Origin: an uncultured bacterium
Lineage (GTDB): Bacteria; Deinococcota; Deinococci; Deinococcales; Trueperaceae
DNA: 64,000 nucleotides
Direction of reading: 5' to 3'
NCBI GenBank assembly: GCA_964496495.1
Contig: CAZBZU010000012.1
Coordinates: 1 to 64,000, forward strand
Positions 40,744-50,211 of the stretch are shown in pieces; the stretch's first letter is position 1, and each line of letters begins with the position of its first letter. The notes under the pieces were generated by a model, which saw only the letters and a list, made by a program, of their open reading frames with translations, was not told the DNA's origin and ran no database searches. A program made the position numbers and the translations under genes.

Positions 40744-42003
40744 GTGAGCGTCGTGGACTCGAAGCAAGTCATCCTCTCCTTCCTCGTCGCCGTCTTGTTG
40801 GGGTTCCTGATCGGTCTGGAGCGCGAGCGCAAGCGCGAGACGCAGGGCTCGATCTTCGCCGGCATCCGCACCTTCCCGCTGATCGCGCTCTTCGGCGCCA
40901 TCGTCGGCACCCTCACCCAGACGGTCAGCCCCTGGGTGCTGGTCGGCAGCTTCGTGCCCGTGGCCGTGCTGATCGCCCTCGCCTACTGGCGCGAGACGGT
41001 CGGCGCGAAGGTCGGCGGCACCACGCAGTTCGCCGTGCTGGTGGCTTTCGGTCTCGGGGTCCTGGCCGGCTACGGTTCCTTCGTGGCGGCCCTGGCGGGG
41101 GCCGTCATCACCACCGGCATGTTGTCGTTGCGCACCGAGCTGAGGCGCCTGGCCGGGGCCGTGTCGCAGGAGGACCTCTTCGCGGTGGTGCAGTTCGCGG
41201 TGGTCTCGCTGGTGATCCTGCCGCTGGTGCCGAACGAGACGTTCGGCCCCTGGGGCGTGTGGAACCCGCGCACCATCTGGCTGTTGGTGGTCCTCATCTC
41301 GGGGCTGTCGTTCGTCGGCTACGTCGCCTCCAAGGTGATCGGCGCCACCCGCGGTATCGGCTGGAGCGGGCTGCTGGGGGGCCTGGCGTCCAGCACCGCC
41401 GTCACCATGAGCTATAGCGAGCGCAGCAAGAAGCAGCCGAGGCTCGACATCGTCTACGCCATCGGGGTGCTGGCGGCCTCGGCCGTGATGGTGCCGCGCC
41501 TGTGGGTGCTGCTCGGCGTGCTGCAGCCCCGGCTCATCCTGCCCACGCTCATCCCGCTCGGCGTGCTGTTCGTGGTCACCACCATCGGCGGCCTCACGGC
41601 GCTGCGCGAGCGCAACAGGGAGCGGCTCGAGGGCGCCAGGGTCACCAACCCCTTCGAGCTGAAGACGGCCTTCCAGTTCGCGCTGCTGTTCGCCCTCATC
41701 CTGCTGATCGCCAAGGCCGCCGAGGAGTACCTCGGCAGCCAGGGCCTGTACCTCGCCAGCGCGCTCGCCGGCCTCACCCAGCTCGACGCCATCACCCTCA
41801 CGCTGGCGCACCAGGTGGGGAGCGGGCTCGACGTGCACGTCGCCGCTCGCGGGTTGGCGATCGCCGCGGCCAGCAACAGCCTGGTCAAGGGAGGGCTGGC
41901 GCTGGCGATCGGCTCGCGGCGCTTCGGCCGCACCGTGCTGGCGACCCTGCTGTTGGCGGCGGCTGCCTGTATCGCGGCGGCCTGGCTGCTACCCATGACG
42001 TGA
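40744..42003 (+). CDS. MgtC/SapB family + DUF4010 integral membrane protein
   Basis: 419 aa, GTG start. N-terminal MgtC-like (ILSFLVAVLLGFLIGLERERKRETQGSIFAGIRTFPLIALFGAIVG), C-terminal multi-TM DUF4010-like region. Confidence 0.75.
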   Translation: MSVVDSKQVILSFLVAVLLGFLIGLERERKRETQGSIFAGIRTFPLIALFGAIVGTLTQTVSPWVLVGSFVPVAVLIALAYWRETVGAKVGGTTQFAVLVAFGLGVLAGYGSFVAALAGAVITTGMLSLRTELRRLAGAVSQEDLFAVVQFAVVSLVILPLVPNETFGPWGVWNPRTIWLLVVLISGLSFVGYVASKVIGATRGIGWSGLLGGLASSTAVTMSYSERSKKQPRLDIVYAIGVLAASAVMVPRLWVLLGVLQPRLILPTLIPLGVLFVVTTIGGLTALRERNRERLEGARVTNPFELKTAFQFALLFALILLIAKAAEEYLGSQGLYLASALAGLTQLDAITLTLAHQVGSGLDVHVAARGLAIAAASNSLVKGGLALAIGSRRFGRTVLATLLLAAAACIAAAWLLPMT

Positions 42004-42224
42004 GCGCCCCGGCCGGCTTCCCGCCGGCCGCCCGCCAGGGCGCGTGCGCCGGAGAGTCCACCGCGCCCAGCCATTCGGTAGACTTGGGTACGAGAGGCGC
42101 GCCGCCGCCAGAGCACCCCGGCGCAGGCGAGGCGCCAGCCTCTGGACGCGCCCAGCGCATCCCGATGCTGATAATGGACCCGGCCGGCCGCCGCGGATCC
42201 GTTACCACGACACATGGAGGACTG

Positions 42225-43367
42225 ATGGAACAGACGATCTATCGCGGCCTCGATGGCGTGCACATCGACACCACCACGATCAGCCGGATCGACGGGCAGC
42301 GCGGTGAGCTGATCTACCGCGGCTACGACATCCGCCAGCTGGCGGACAAGGCCAGCTTCGAGGAGGTCGCCTACCTGCTGTGGCACGACGACCTCCCGAC
42401 CCGGCAGGAGCTGGACGCGTTCCACCACGACCTGGCGGCGAACTTCCCGGTGCCCGAGCCGGTGTTCGACGCCTTCCGCAGCATGCCCAGCGATGTCCAT
42501 CCGATGCACGCCATCAGAACCGCCGTGTCGTTGCTGGGCGCACTCGACCACGAGGCCGAGGCCGTCGACGACGCCAACGTGCACCGCATCGGGCTCAAGC
42601 TGCTGGCGCAGTTCGCCACCTTCACCGCGGCCTACCAGCGCATCCGCAGTGGCAAGGAGCCGGTAGCGCCGGATCCCGCCCTGTCCGTGGCAGCCAATTT
42701 CCTCTACATGCTGAACGGCGAGCGCCCGACGCCTGCCGCCACCCGCGTAATGGATGTGGCCCTGGTGCTGCACGCCGAGCACGGGTCCAATGCCAGCGCC
42801 TTCGTGGCGCGCGCCACCGCGTCCACCCTGACGGACGTGTACTCGGCGGTCGCCGCCGCGGTCGGCGCCCTCAAGGGGCCCCTGCACGGCGGCGCCAACG
42901 TCGGCGTGATGCAGGCGCTCGAGCGGATCGGCAGCACCGCCGGGGTGGAACCCTACGTGCTGGAGATGCTCGACAAGCCCGGCGGGCGCGTCATGGGCTT
43001 CGGCCACCGCGTCTACAAGGTCATGGATCCGCGCGCCATCATCCTCAAGGACGTCGCTCACCACCTCGCCGAGGAGTCCGGCGACAGCAAGTGGTTCGAG
43101 ATGAGCCTGGAGATGGAGCGCGTGATGGACCGCGAGATGGAGAAGAAGGGCAAGCAGGTGAAGCCCAACGTGGACTTCTTCTCCGCCTCGGTCTACCGCA
43201 TGCTGGGCCTACCGCGCGACATGTACACCCCGATCTTCGCGGTGTCGCGCATCAGCGGCTGGATGGCGCACCTCTACGAGCAGTACGCCAACAACCGCAT
43301 CATGCGCCCGCGCCTGGTGTACGACGGCCCAACCGGCCTGATCTTCAAGCCCATCGAGCAGCGCTGA
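42225..43367 (+). CDS. gltA: Citrate synthase (short, ~380-aa type)
   Basis: 380 aa from ATG 42225 with GGAGGA RBS. Catalytic His/Asp blocks (GPLHGGANVGV, GFGHRVYKVMDPRA, DFFSASVY). Confidence 0.9.
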   Translation: MEQTIYRGLDGVHIDTTTISRIDGQRGELIYRGYDIRQLADKASFEEVAYLLWHDDLPTRQELDAFHHDLAANFPVPEPVFDAFRSMPSDVHPMHAIRTAVSLLGALDHEAEAVDDANVHRIGLKLLAQFATFTAAYQRIRSGKEPVAPDPALSVAANFLYMLNGERPTPAATRVMDVALVLHAEHGSNASAFVARATASTLTDVYSAVAAAVGALKGPLHGGANVGVMQALERIGSTAGVEPYVLEMLDKPGGRVMGFGHRVYKVMDPRAIILKDVAHHLAEESGDSKWFEMSLEMERVMDREMEKKGKQVKPNVDFFSASVYRMLGLPRDMYTPIFAVSRISGWMAHLYEQYANNRIMRPRLVYDGPTGLIFKPIEQR

Positions 43368-43371
43368 CCTC

Positions 43372-44520
43372 TCAGCTGCCCGCCGGCCGCCAGAGCCCCG
43401 CGAGGAACTCGCGAAGCCAGGCATCGTAGCTTCCCGGGTCGCGGTTCCACGCCTCGACGTGGTCGGCGCCAGCGACCCGGTGGTAGCTCACGGGCCCGGA
43501 AAGCCGCCTGGCGAAGGCGTCCACCGAGCCGATGGGCACGGTGCGGTCGTCGGTGCCGGCGATGAGCAGCACCGGCAGGCGCAGCCGCTCCGCGGTTCGG
43601 CGCTGGTCCAGGTCCCGCCAGCGCAGCCCGCTGCGCCAGGCCGCCACCCCCAGGCTGAGCCATGCCCACAGCCGCGCCAGCGGAAGGTGGGCCTCGCGAA
43701 GCCGTGCCACGGTGGCGGCCGCGGGGTCGACCAGCGGCGAGTCGAACAGCAGGCCGGCCAGGGCGGGCCCGGACTCGGGCCAGTGCTTGGCAGCCTCGAG
43801 CACCGCCGTGCCGCCCATCGACACCCCGAAGAGCGCCACCCGGCGCACGCCGCGCTCGGCGAGGAAGCGCACCCCGGCCAGCACGTCGCGGAACTCGCTG
43901 GCGCCGTAGTGGTAGAAGCCGTCCGGGCTGGGGGGCGCCCCGCGGTGGTTGCGGTAGGCGAGCACCAGCGCGCCCGAGCCGCCCTCGATCACCGCCGGCA
44001 GGAACCGCAGCGTCTCGGCGCGCTCGCCGCGCCTGCGGCCATGAACGATCACCACCGCCGCGTCCCCCCTGCCGGGCAGCCACCATGCCGCCAGCAGCCC
44101 CACGTGGCTCGGCACGCGGACGTCCTGGAACGGCAGGCCCAGGTCCTGCAGCGGATCCCGGCGATAGACGAAGGTGTCCAGGCGCGCCGCATCCCCGGCG
44201 CCGGGCGGCCGCCCTGCGAGAATCGTCAGCGGCCGCACCACGACCCGGCCGTCGTCGATCTCCACCGGCCCCAGGCGACCGTGACCGCCGCCCCACAGCA
44301 GCGCGTAGCTGCCGGCGCGCCGGGTGTCGGCGAAGGGGCGGGGAGATGTCGGCGCGGGGAGCCTGACGCGGCCGTCCCGGTAGCCAAGCACCGTGAACTC
44401 GGGCAGCAGCGCATAGGCGCGAGGCACCAGCAGCAGGCTCGAGCCGCGCCACGCCAGCCCCGCGGCCAGCGCCACCAGCACCCCGAGCGCCGCCAACGCC
44501 ACGACCGTCGCCAGGCCCAC
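43372..44520 (-). CDS. Membrane-anchored alpha/beta hydrolase (BAAT/DLH-like)
   Basis: 382 aa. N-terminal TM helix. GVSMGG nucleophile elbow. A C-terminal Asp/His region is consistent with the fold. Its stop is 4 nt from the gltA stop (convergent). Confidence 0.7.
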   Translation of the reverse strand: MGLATVVALAALGVLVALAAGLAWRGSSLLLVPRAYALLPEFTVLGYRDGRVRLPAPTSPRPFADTRRAGSYALLWGGGHGRLGPVEIDDGRVVVRPLTILAGRPPGAGDAARLDTFVYRRDPLQDLGLPFQDVRVPSHVGLLAAWWLPGRGDAAVVIVHGRRRGERAETLRFLPAVIEGGSGALVLAYRNHRGAPPSPDGFYHYGASEFRDVLAGVRFLAERGVRRVALFGVSMGGTAVLEAAKHWPESGPALAGLLFDSPLVDPAAATVARLREAHLPLARLWAWLSLGVAAWRSGLRWRDLDQRRTAERLRLPVLLIAGTDDRTVPIGSVDAFARRLSGPVSYHRVAGADHVEAWNRDPGSYDAWLREFLAGLWRPAGS

Positions 44521-44560
44521 CGGCTCGCGCCTCAGCCTGGCGCCGCGACCGAGGCCGGCA

Positions 44561-45778
44561 TCAGGTGCCCCACCTCACCTCGCCGAAGGTGTCCTCGCGG
44601 CGGGGGCTGGTGGAGAACATCACCACCGGCGTCTCCGTCGCCTCCTCGATCAGCTCCAGGTAGTCGAGCACCTCGCGCGGCAGCGCGTCGCGGCGGCCCA
44701 GCCCCTCGAGCGGGCCCCAGCCGGGGACCTCGCGATAGACCGGCTGCCCGTCCTGGTAGGCGACGCACACCTTGACGCTGTCCAGGCCGGACAGCACGTC
44801 GAGCTTGGTCACCACCAAGCCGTCGAAGCCGTTGATCTCACAGGCATAGCGCAGCTGCACCAGGTCGAGCCAGCCGACGCGCCTGGGACGGCCGGTGGTG
44901 GTGCCGTACTCGTCCCACTGGTTCGAGCCACTGCCGCGCAGACGCAGCGCCATCCCCTCGTCCTCGATCTCCGTGAGGAACGGCCCGAAGCCGACTCGGG
45001 TGGTGAACGCCTTCACCACCCCGTGCACCGCGTCGAGCGCCTTGTGGCTGACGCCTGCCCCCACCACGATGCCGCCGACGGTGGGGTGGCTGCTGGTGAC
45101 GAATGGGTAGGTCCCGTAGGCCAGGTCGAGCATCGTCCCCTGCCCCCCCTCGAACAGCACCCTCTCACCGCGCCGCAGCGCCGCGCGCAGCTCCTGGCCG
45201 GTGTCCCTCACCAGGCCGACCAGCCGCTCCCGGACCCCGGACAACGCCTGCATGGCGGTATCGACGTCGGTCCAGCCGACGCGCCGCGTGGAGTTGGGCT
45301 TCGCCTCCAGCAACCGGCTCAGCCGCTCGCGCAGGACCGTCTCGTCCACCAGGTCGCCTGCTCGCAGCCCGACGCGGCGCGCCTTGTCGCTGTAGGCGGG
45401 ACCGATGCCGCGCCCGGTGGTACCGACGAACCCACCGCCCTCATCGTTCTTGCGGTGGTGCGGCAGCACCAGGTGCGCCTCGTGCGAGATCCACACCTCG
45501 CCCGCGTCGCGCCGCTCAGCGAGCGCGTCCAGCTCCTCCACGAACGCCCAGGGATCGATCACCATGCCGCCGCCGAGCACCGACACCGGCCCGTCGTGCA
45601 GGGTGCCGCACGGCAGGTGGTGCAGCTTGAAGACGTCGCCGCCGACGACCACCGTGTGCCCGGCATTGGCACCGCCGGAGTAGCGCACCACGTAGTGCGA
45701 CTCCGCCGCCAGCGCGTCCACTACCTTGCCCTTGCCCTCGTCACCCCACTGGGCGCCGAGGATCGCCACTCCCGGCAT
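44561..45778 (-). CDS. purA: Adenylosuccinate synthetase
   Basis: 405 aa. GAQWGDEGKGK P-loop, GGANAGHT, GTTGRGIGPAY motifs. Confidence 0.95.
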   Translation of the reverse strand: MPGVAILGAQWGDEGKGKVVDALAAESHYVVRYSGGANAGHTVVVGGDVFKLHHLPCGTLHDGPVSVLGGGMVIDPWAFVEELDALAERRDAGEVWISHEAHLVLPHHRKNDEGGGFVGTTGRGIGPAYSDKARRVGLRAGDLVDETVLRERLSRLLEAKPNSTRRVGWTDVDTAMQALSGVRERLVGLVRDTGQELRAALRRGERVLFEGGQGTMLDLAYGTYPFVTSSHPTVGGIVVGAGVSHKALDAVHGVVKAFTTRVGFGPFLTEIEDEGMALRLRGSGSNQWDEYGTTTGRPRRVGWLDLVQLRYACEINGFDGLVVTKLDVLSGLDSVKVCVAYQDGQPVYREVPGWGPLEGLGRRDALPREVLDYLELIEEATETPVVMFSTSPRREDTFGEVRWGT

Positions 45779-46019
45779 GCGCCCTCCCGCGCGCCTCCCG
45801 ACGGCATCGCGCCCGCGGGAGACCAGCCGTCAGTATGACACACGCGCCCGCCCCTCCAGGACGTGCGGAGGCACGCGGCGGCGGCCGGCGCGCGCGGCGG
45901 AGAGACGCCCCGCGAGGGCGCCCGCGGTGCCGCCGGCAGCACCTGGCCCGCGGGGGCCGAGCCGGCGCCGCGTTGCCGCCGTGCTGACGCCGCCACCGCC
46001 CGCGATGTAAGCTCACCCA

Positions 46020-46817
46020 GTGCCGGACGCTGCCCCCGACTCACGACCGCTCGTCCTGATGACCAGCAGCACCGTGCCGCGCGAGCGCGGCCTGCGCCGC
46101 AACGACGTCATCCAGGGCCACAACTACGCCATGGCGGTGGTGGCCGCCGGCGGCGTGCCGCTGGTGGCGCCCAACGTGGAGGCCACCCTGGCCGGTCGCT
46201 ACGCCGACGGAGCCGACGCCTTGCTGCTCGCGGGCGGTCCCGATATCGACCCGTACCGCTTCGGTTCCAGCCCCGAACGCGACCTGGGGCAGGTGGACCG
46301 GCGCCGCGACGCCTTCGAGCTGGCGCTCTACCGCGCCTTCCGCGACCGCGGCAAGCCCGTCCTCGGCATCTGCCGCGGCATCCAGCTGATCAACGTGGCG
46401 CACGGCGGCAGCCTGCACCAACACCTGCCGAGCGTCCCTGGTACCGAGCAGCACGCCCAGAGAGACATCACCGGCGCCCCGCTGCAGCGCGTGGCGCTGG
46501 AGGCGGGATCGCGGCTTGCGGCCGCCTTCGGCGCAACCTCGCTCGACGTCAACAGCTTCCACCACCAGGCGGTCGACCGCGTCGGCGAGGGGCTGCGCGC
46601 CGTCGCCCGCACGGGTGACGGCATCGTGGAGGCTCTGGAGCTGGACGGCGTCGGCGGCGCGGACCGAGACGCCTTCGTGGTGGCGGTGCAGTGGCACCCG
46701 GAGATGTGCTGGGACACGCACCCCGAGCACCACACCCCGTTCCGCATGCTGGTGGGAGCCTGCCGCGTGCGTCGCGGCGCCGCGGACGTGGTGAACGCCG
46801 CGCCAGCCGGGCGTTGA
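46020..46817 (+). CDS. Class I glutamine amidotransferase-like hydrolase (gamma-glutamyl-GABA hydrolase/peptidase C26 family)
   Basis: 265 aa. Catalytic Cys in GICRGIQL, His in VQWHPE. Confidence 0.85.
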   Translation: MPDAAPDSRPLVLMTSSTVPRERGLRRNDVIQGHNYAMAVVAAGGVPLVAPNVEATLAGRYADGADALLLAGGPDIDPYRFGSSPERDLGQVDRRRDAFELALYRAFRDRGKPVLGICRGIQLINVAHGGSLHQHLPSVPGTEQHAQRDITGAPLQRVALEAGSRLAAAFGATSLDVNSFHHQAVDRVGEGLRAVARTGDGIVEALELDGVGGADRDAFVVAVQWHPEMCWDTHPEHHTPFRMLVGACRVRRGAADVVNAAPAGR

Positions 46818-46840
46818 CAAGCTCCGGACGTCTGGTAGAC
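46813..46840 (+). promoter_or_regulatory. Consensus sigma70 promoter TTGACA-N16-TGgTAGACT upstream of the DAHP synthase-tyrA pair
   Basis: cgTTGACAagctccggacgtcTGgTAGACT. An ATG lies 7 nt downstream of the -10 box (leaderless uORF 46848-46979). Confidence 0.55.
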
Positions 46841-47050
46841 TCCTGTCCATGATTGTCGAGCCGGAAGGGGGTGGTGCCGTGGACGACGGCTATGGCTACC
46901 TGGCCCCAGCCACCCGTGCGGCCCGCGAGACGCGCGCCGCCCCGGCACACAGGCACGGCACCCCCAAGACGGCAGGCTGACCTCGCGCCCGCACCGGCAC
47001 GCGCCCGCCCTCGCCTCGCGGGTGCGGCCGCAGGACGACGAGGAGATCCC

Positions 47051-48067
47051 ATGGTTGTCGTGATGCAGAAGGACGCCTCACCCGAGGCTGTGGATCGCGT
47101 GCTAGACGAGATCCGCTCGTTGGGCTTCACGCCGCACGTCAGCGAGGGCGAGGAGCGCACCCTCATCGGCGCGATCGGCCCGTCCCCCACCGAGGAGGTC
47201 CGCGAGCACCTTCGGGCGCTCCACTACGTCGACACGGTGGTGCGGATCACCAAGCCCTACAAGCTGGCGTCGCGCGAGTTCCGCCACGACGACTCGACCG
47301 TGGCGGTGGGCAACGTCGTGGTCGGCGACGGGGCCTTCGTGGTGGCGGCCGGTCCCTGCGGCGTGGAGAGCCGCGAGCAGCTCACGGCCGCGGCCGAGAT
47401 CGCCCGGCGGCACGGTGCGCGCATCCTGCGTGGCGGCGCCTTCAAGCCCCGCACCAGCCCCTACGCCTTCCAGGGCCTGGGCGAGGAAGGGCTGGCCCTG
47501 CTGGCCGAGGCGCGAGAGGCCACCGGCATGCCGATCGTCACCGAGGTCACCTCGCCGGAGCTGGTGGAGACCGTCGCCAGGACGGCCGACATGCTGCAGA
47601 TCGGTGCCCGCAACACGCAGAACTTCGCGTTGCTGGCGGAGGCGGGCCGCAGCGCCAGGCCGGTGCTGTTCAAGCGCGGCATGTCCACCTCGGTCGGCGA
47701 GTACCTGCAGGCGGCCGAGTACATCCTCAGCCAGGGGAACCCCAACGTGGTGCTGTGCGAGCGCGGCATCCGCACCTTCGAGACCGCCACCCGTTTCACC
47801 CTCGACGTCAGCGCGGTGCCGGTGCTCAAGGAGGAGACGCACCTGCCGGTCTGGGTCGATCCCAGCCACGCGGCCGGGCGCCGCAGCCTGGTGCCGTCGC
47901 TGGCGCTCGCCGCCGCGGCCGCAGGCGCGGACGGGCTCATCGTGGAGGTCCACGCCCACCCCGAGGAGGCGCGATCGGACGCCGCGCAGCAGCTCGACGA
48001 GGCCGACTTCGGGGCGCTCATGGATCGGCTGCGCGGCGTCGTCGCCGCGCTCGGGAAGGCCCTCTGA
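47051..48067 (+). CDS. 3-deoxy-7-phosphoheptulonate (DAHP) synthase, type I-beta with N-terminal ferredoxin-like regulatory domain
   Basis: 338 aa from ATG 47051 with AGGAGA RBS. KDO8P/DAHP-synthase-like TIM barrel (GPCGVESREQ, LQIGARNTQNF, KRGMSTSV). Confidence 0.9.
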   Translation: MVVVMQKDASPEAVDRVLDEIRSLGFTPHVSEGEERTLIGAIGPSPTEEVREHLRALHYVDTVVRITKPYKLASREFRHDDSTVAVGNVVVGDGAFVVAAGPCGVESREQLTAAAEIARRHGARILRGGAFKPRTSPYAFQGLGEEGLALLAEAREATGMPIVTEVTSPELVETVARTADMLQIGARNTQNFALLAEAGRSARPVLFKRGMSTSVGEYLQAAEYILSQGNPNVVLCERGIRTFETATRFTLDVSAVPVLKEETHLPVWVDPSHAAGRRSLVPSLALAAAAAGADGLIVEVHAHPEEARSDAAQQLDEADFGALMDRLRGVVAALGKAL

Positions 48068-48068
48068 G

Positions 48069-49163
48069 GTGCGGCCGGCACCGCTCTTCGACACCGTCGT
48101 CATCGCCGGCGTCGGCCTGGTGGGCGGTTCGGTGGGCCTGGGGATGCGCCAGCGTTTCCTCACGCGCCGCACCATCGGCCTCGATCACGACCCCGCCGCG
48201 CTCGACGCCGCCCGAGGCCTGGGCGTGATCGACGAGTCGCGACTGCAGGTGGGTCCCTGGCTCGGAGAGGCCGATCTGGTGATCCTCGCCATCCCCGCCA
48301 GCGGGATCGCGCCGCTGGCCCTCGAGATGGCGCCGCACCTCGACCCCGCGGCCATCGTCACCGACGTGGGCAGCGTCAAGGCAGCGATCGTCGCGGAGCT
48401 GCGAGGGCTGCGCTTCGTCGGCGGTCACCCGATGGCCGGCAGCGACCGGGCCGGCGTCCTCAACGCCGACGCGGCGCTGCTGGAGAACGCCGTGTGGGTG
48501 CTCACCCCCGACGACCGCACCGACCCTGCGGCGCTGGCGAGCGTGGAGGGCTTCGTGACGGCGCTGGGTGCCAGGCCGCTCCAGGTCGCTCCCGAGCGCC
48601 ACGACCGGCTGGTGGCCACCGTTAGCCACCTGCCCTACCTGGTGGCGGTCGCCCTCACCGCGCTGGTGGACCGCGGCGACGAGCGCGAGCTGACCATGTT
48701 GCTGGCGGCAGGCGGCTTCCGCGACCTCACCCGCGTCGCTTCCGGCAGCCCGCTGATGAGCCGCGACATGGTGAGCGGCAACCGCAGCGCGGTCGCGGTG
48801 GCGCTGCGCGCCTTCCGAAACGAGCTGGAGGCGCTGGAGGGGATGCTCGACGACGAGGAGGCGCTGCTCGCCCTGGCGCAAGCGGCCAAGCGCGTGCGCG
48901 ACGGCATCCCTATCGTCCGGCGCAGCCTGCTTCCGGCGCGGCACGAGCTGGTGATCGCCGTGCCCGACCGCCCCGGCGAGCTGGCGCGCATCACCCGGGC
49001 GTTGGGCGACGCCGAGGTCAACATCAAGGACCTCGAGGTCCTGGGCATCCGCGAGGCCGGGGGCGCGGTGCGCATCGCGGTGGAGTCGGACGCCGCCCTC
49101 GGCCGCGCCCGCGAGGTCCTGCAACGGGCGGGCTACGAGGCCCGCAGCCGCAACGGAGCCTGA
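48069..49163 (+). CDS. tyrA: Prephenate dehydrogenase with C-terminal ACT domain
   Basis: 364 aa from GTG 48069, 1 nt after the DAHP synthase stop. Rossmann IAGVGLVGGSVG, catalytic His region GGHPMAGS, C-terminal ACT (ELVIAVPDRPGELARITRALG). Confidence 0.85.
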   Translation: MRPAPLFDTVVIAGVGLVGGSVGLGMRQRFLTRRTIGLDHDPAALDAARGLGVIDESRLQVGPWLGEADLVILAIPASGIAPLALEMAPHLDPAAIVTDVGSVKAAIVAELRGLRFVGGHPMAGSDRAGVLNADAALLENAVWVLTPDDRTDPAALASVEGFVTALGARPLQVAPERHDRLVATVSHLPYLVAVALTALVDRGDERELTMLLAAGGFRDLTRVASGSPLMSRDMVSGNRSAVAVALRAFRNELEALEGMLDDEEALLALAQAAKRVRDGIPIVRRSLLPARHELVIAVPDRPGELARITRALGDAEVNIKDLEVLGIREAGGAVRIAVESDAALGRAREVLQRAGYEARSRNGA

Positions 49164-49182
49164 GGGCTCCCGGGACCACGCC

Positions 49183-49437
49183 ATGGCAGAGGGTCGCGAC
49201 GAGCTGTTCGAGCTGGCCGTCAACCGTGCCGTGTCGGTGACCGACCGCCTGGCCACCGGCGCCGACCCTGCGGCGCGGCGGCGCGCCCTCGAGGTCTGGT
49301 ACCTGAAGACGCGCTTCGCCCAGCGCTTGCGCTTCGACGCGCTGCTCGCGGCGCTGGCGCGCCGCCCCGAAGGCGCCTGCCACTGGCAGGGCGGCGAGGG
49401 CGGCCGCTGGCTGCCGGGACCGCCTCCCAGGCCGTGA
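49183..49437 (+). CDS. Small hypothetical protein (84 aa) downstream of tyrA
   Basis: ORF with ~90% GC3 and a helical-looking composition. The antisense frame is Arg-rich junk. No clear RBS. Function unknown. Confidence 0.35.
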   Translation: MAEGRDELFELAVNRAVSVTDRLATGADPAARRRALEVWYLKTRFAQRLRFDALLAALARRPEGACHWQGGEGGRWLPGPPPRP

Positions 49438-49477
49438 GCCCTGCCGCCCGGCGCGGATCGGGCGGGCACCGCAAGGG

Positions 49478-49903
49478 TCAGTCGTCGATCGTCATGCGGT
49501 AGCGGCCGCTGCGGCCTTCCTGCACGATCACGACGTGGGCTTGCTGGCCCTCTCGCTCGTACACCACGATGATCCGGTCGGCTCGCCGCTGGTAGCTCCA
49601 GCGGTGCCAGCCGCGATCGCGCATGCGCCGGTCCACGTCGCCGTAGACGCCGTAGAGCGAGGCATCGGAGCGAAAGGTGCTGTCGAAGTGGTGCGGGCCC
49701 GCGCTGCGCGAGATGACCACCACGCCGGGGAAGTCGAAGCGCAGGTTCAGGCGCGCCCAGAAGACGACATTTCCCTGGCCGTGGACCGTGGTCGACGATC
49801 CGGGCCGCACCGCGACGGTGCAGCCGCCGAGCAGGAGTGCCAGCGCCAGCGGCGCCAGCCACGCCAACCACGCACGGATGCCACGTCGGCGCGATGTTCG
49901 CAT
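49478..49903 (-). CDS. Hypothetical lipoprotein
   Basis: 141 aa. Signal peptide with lipobox LLLGGC. Basic, Arg-rich mature part. Confidence 0.55.
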   Translation of the reverse strand: MRTSRRRGIRAWLAWLAPLALALLLGGCTVAVRPGSSTTVHGQGNVVFWARLNLRFDFPGVVVISRSAGPHHFDSTFRSDASLYGVYGDVDRRMRDRGWHRWSYQRRADRIIVVYEREGQQAHVVIVQEGRSGRYRMTIDD

Positions 49904-50211
49904 GTCGATCCTCCCATCCGCGCGAGCGCCGGAAGCGGGCGCGCCGGGCGAGCTGGCCCGCCTGGCGAGGGCGCCCGGCGGGCGCTCCGGTCGCCGTCAT
50001 GGTAGGCACGCCGGCTCCCCCGGCCGTGAGTCTGCCTTCAGCGCTCCTTCACGGGCGCAGCGCCGTGGACGCCTCCGGGGGCAGGTCATCACTGGCGTCG
50101 GCGGCCACGCGGCGGCCGGCGGACGGCGGCCACGCGGCGCCGGCCCGGTAGGCCCGCGGCCGTGACGGCAGCGGGACATGTCGCTGGTGCGCGGTGCGCT
50201 ATCCTTGCCGC

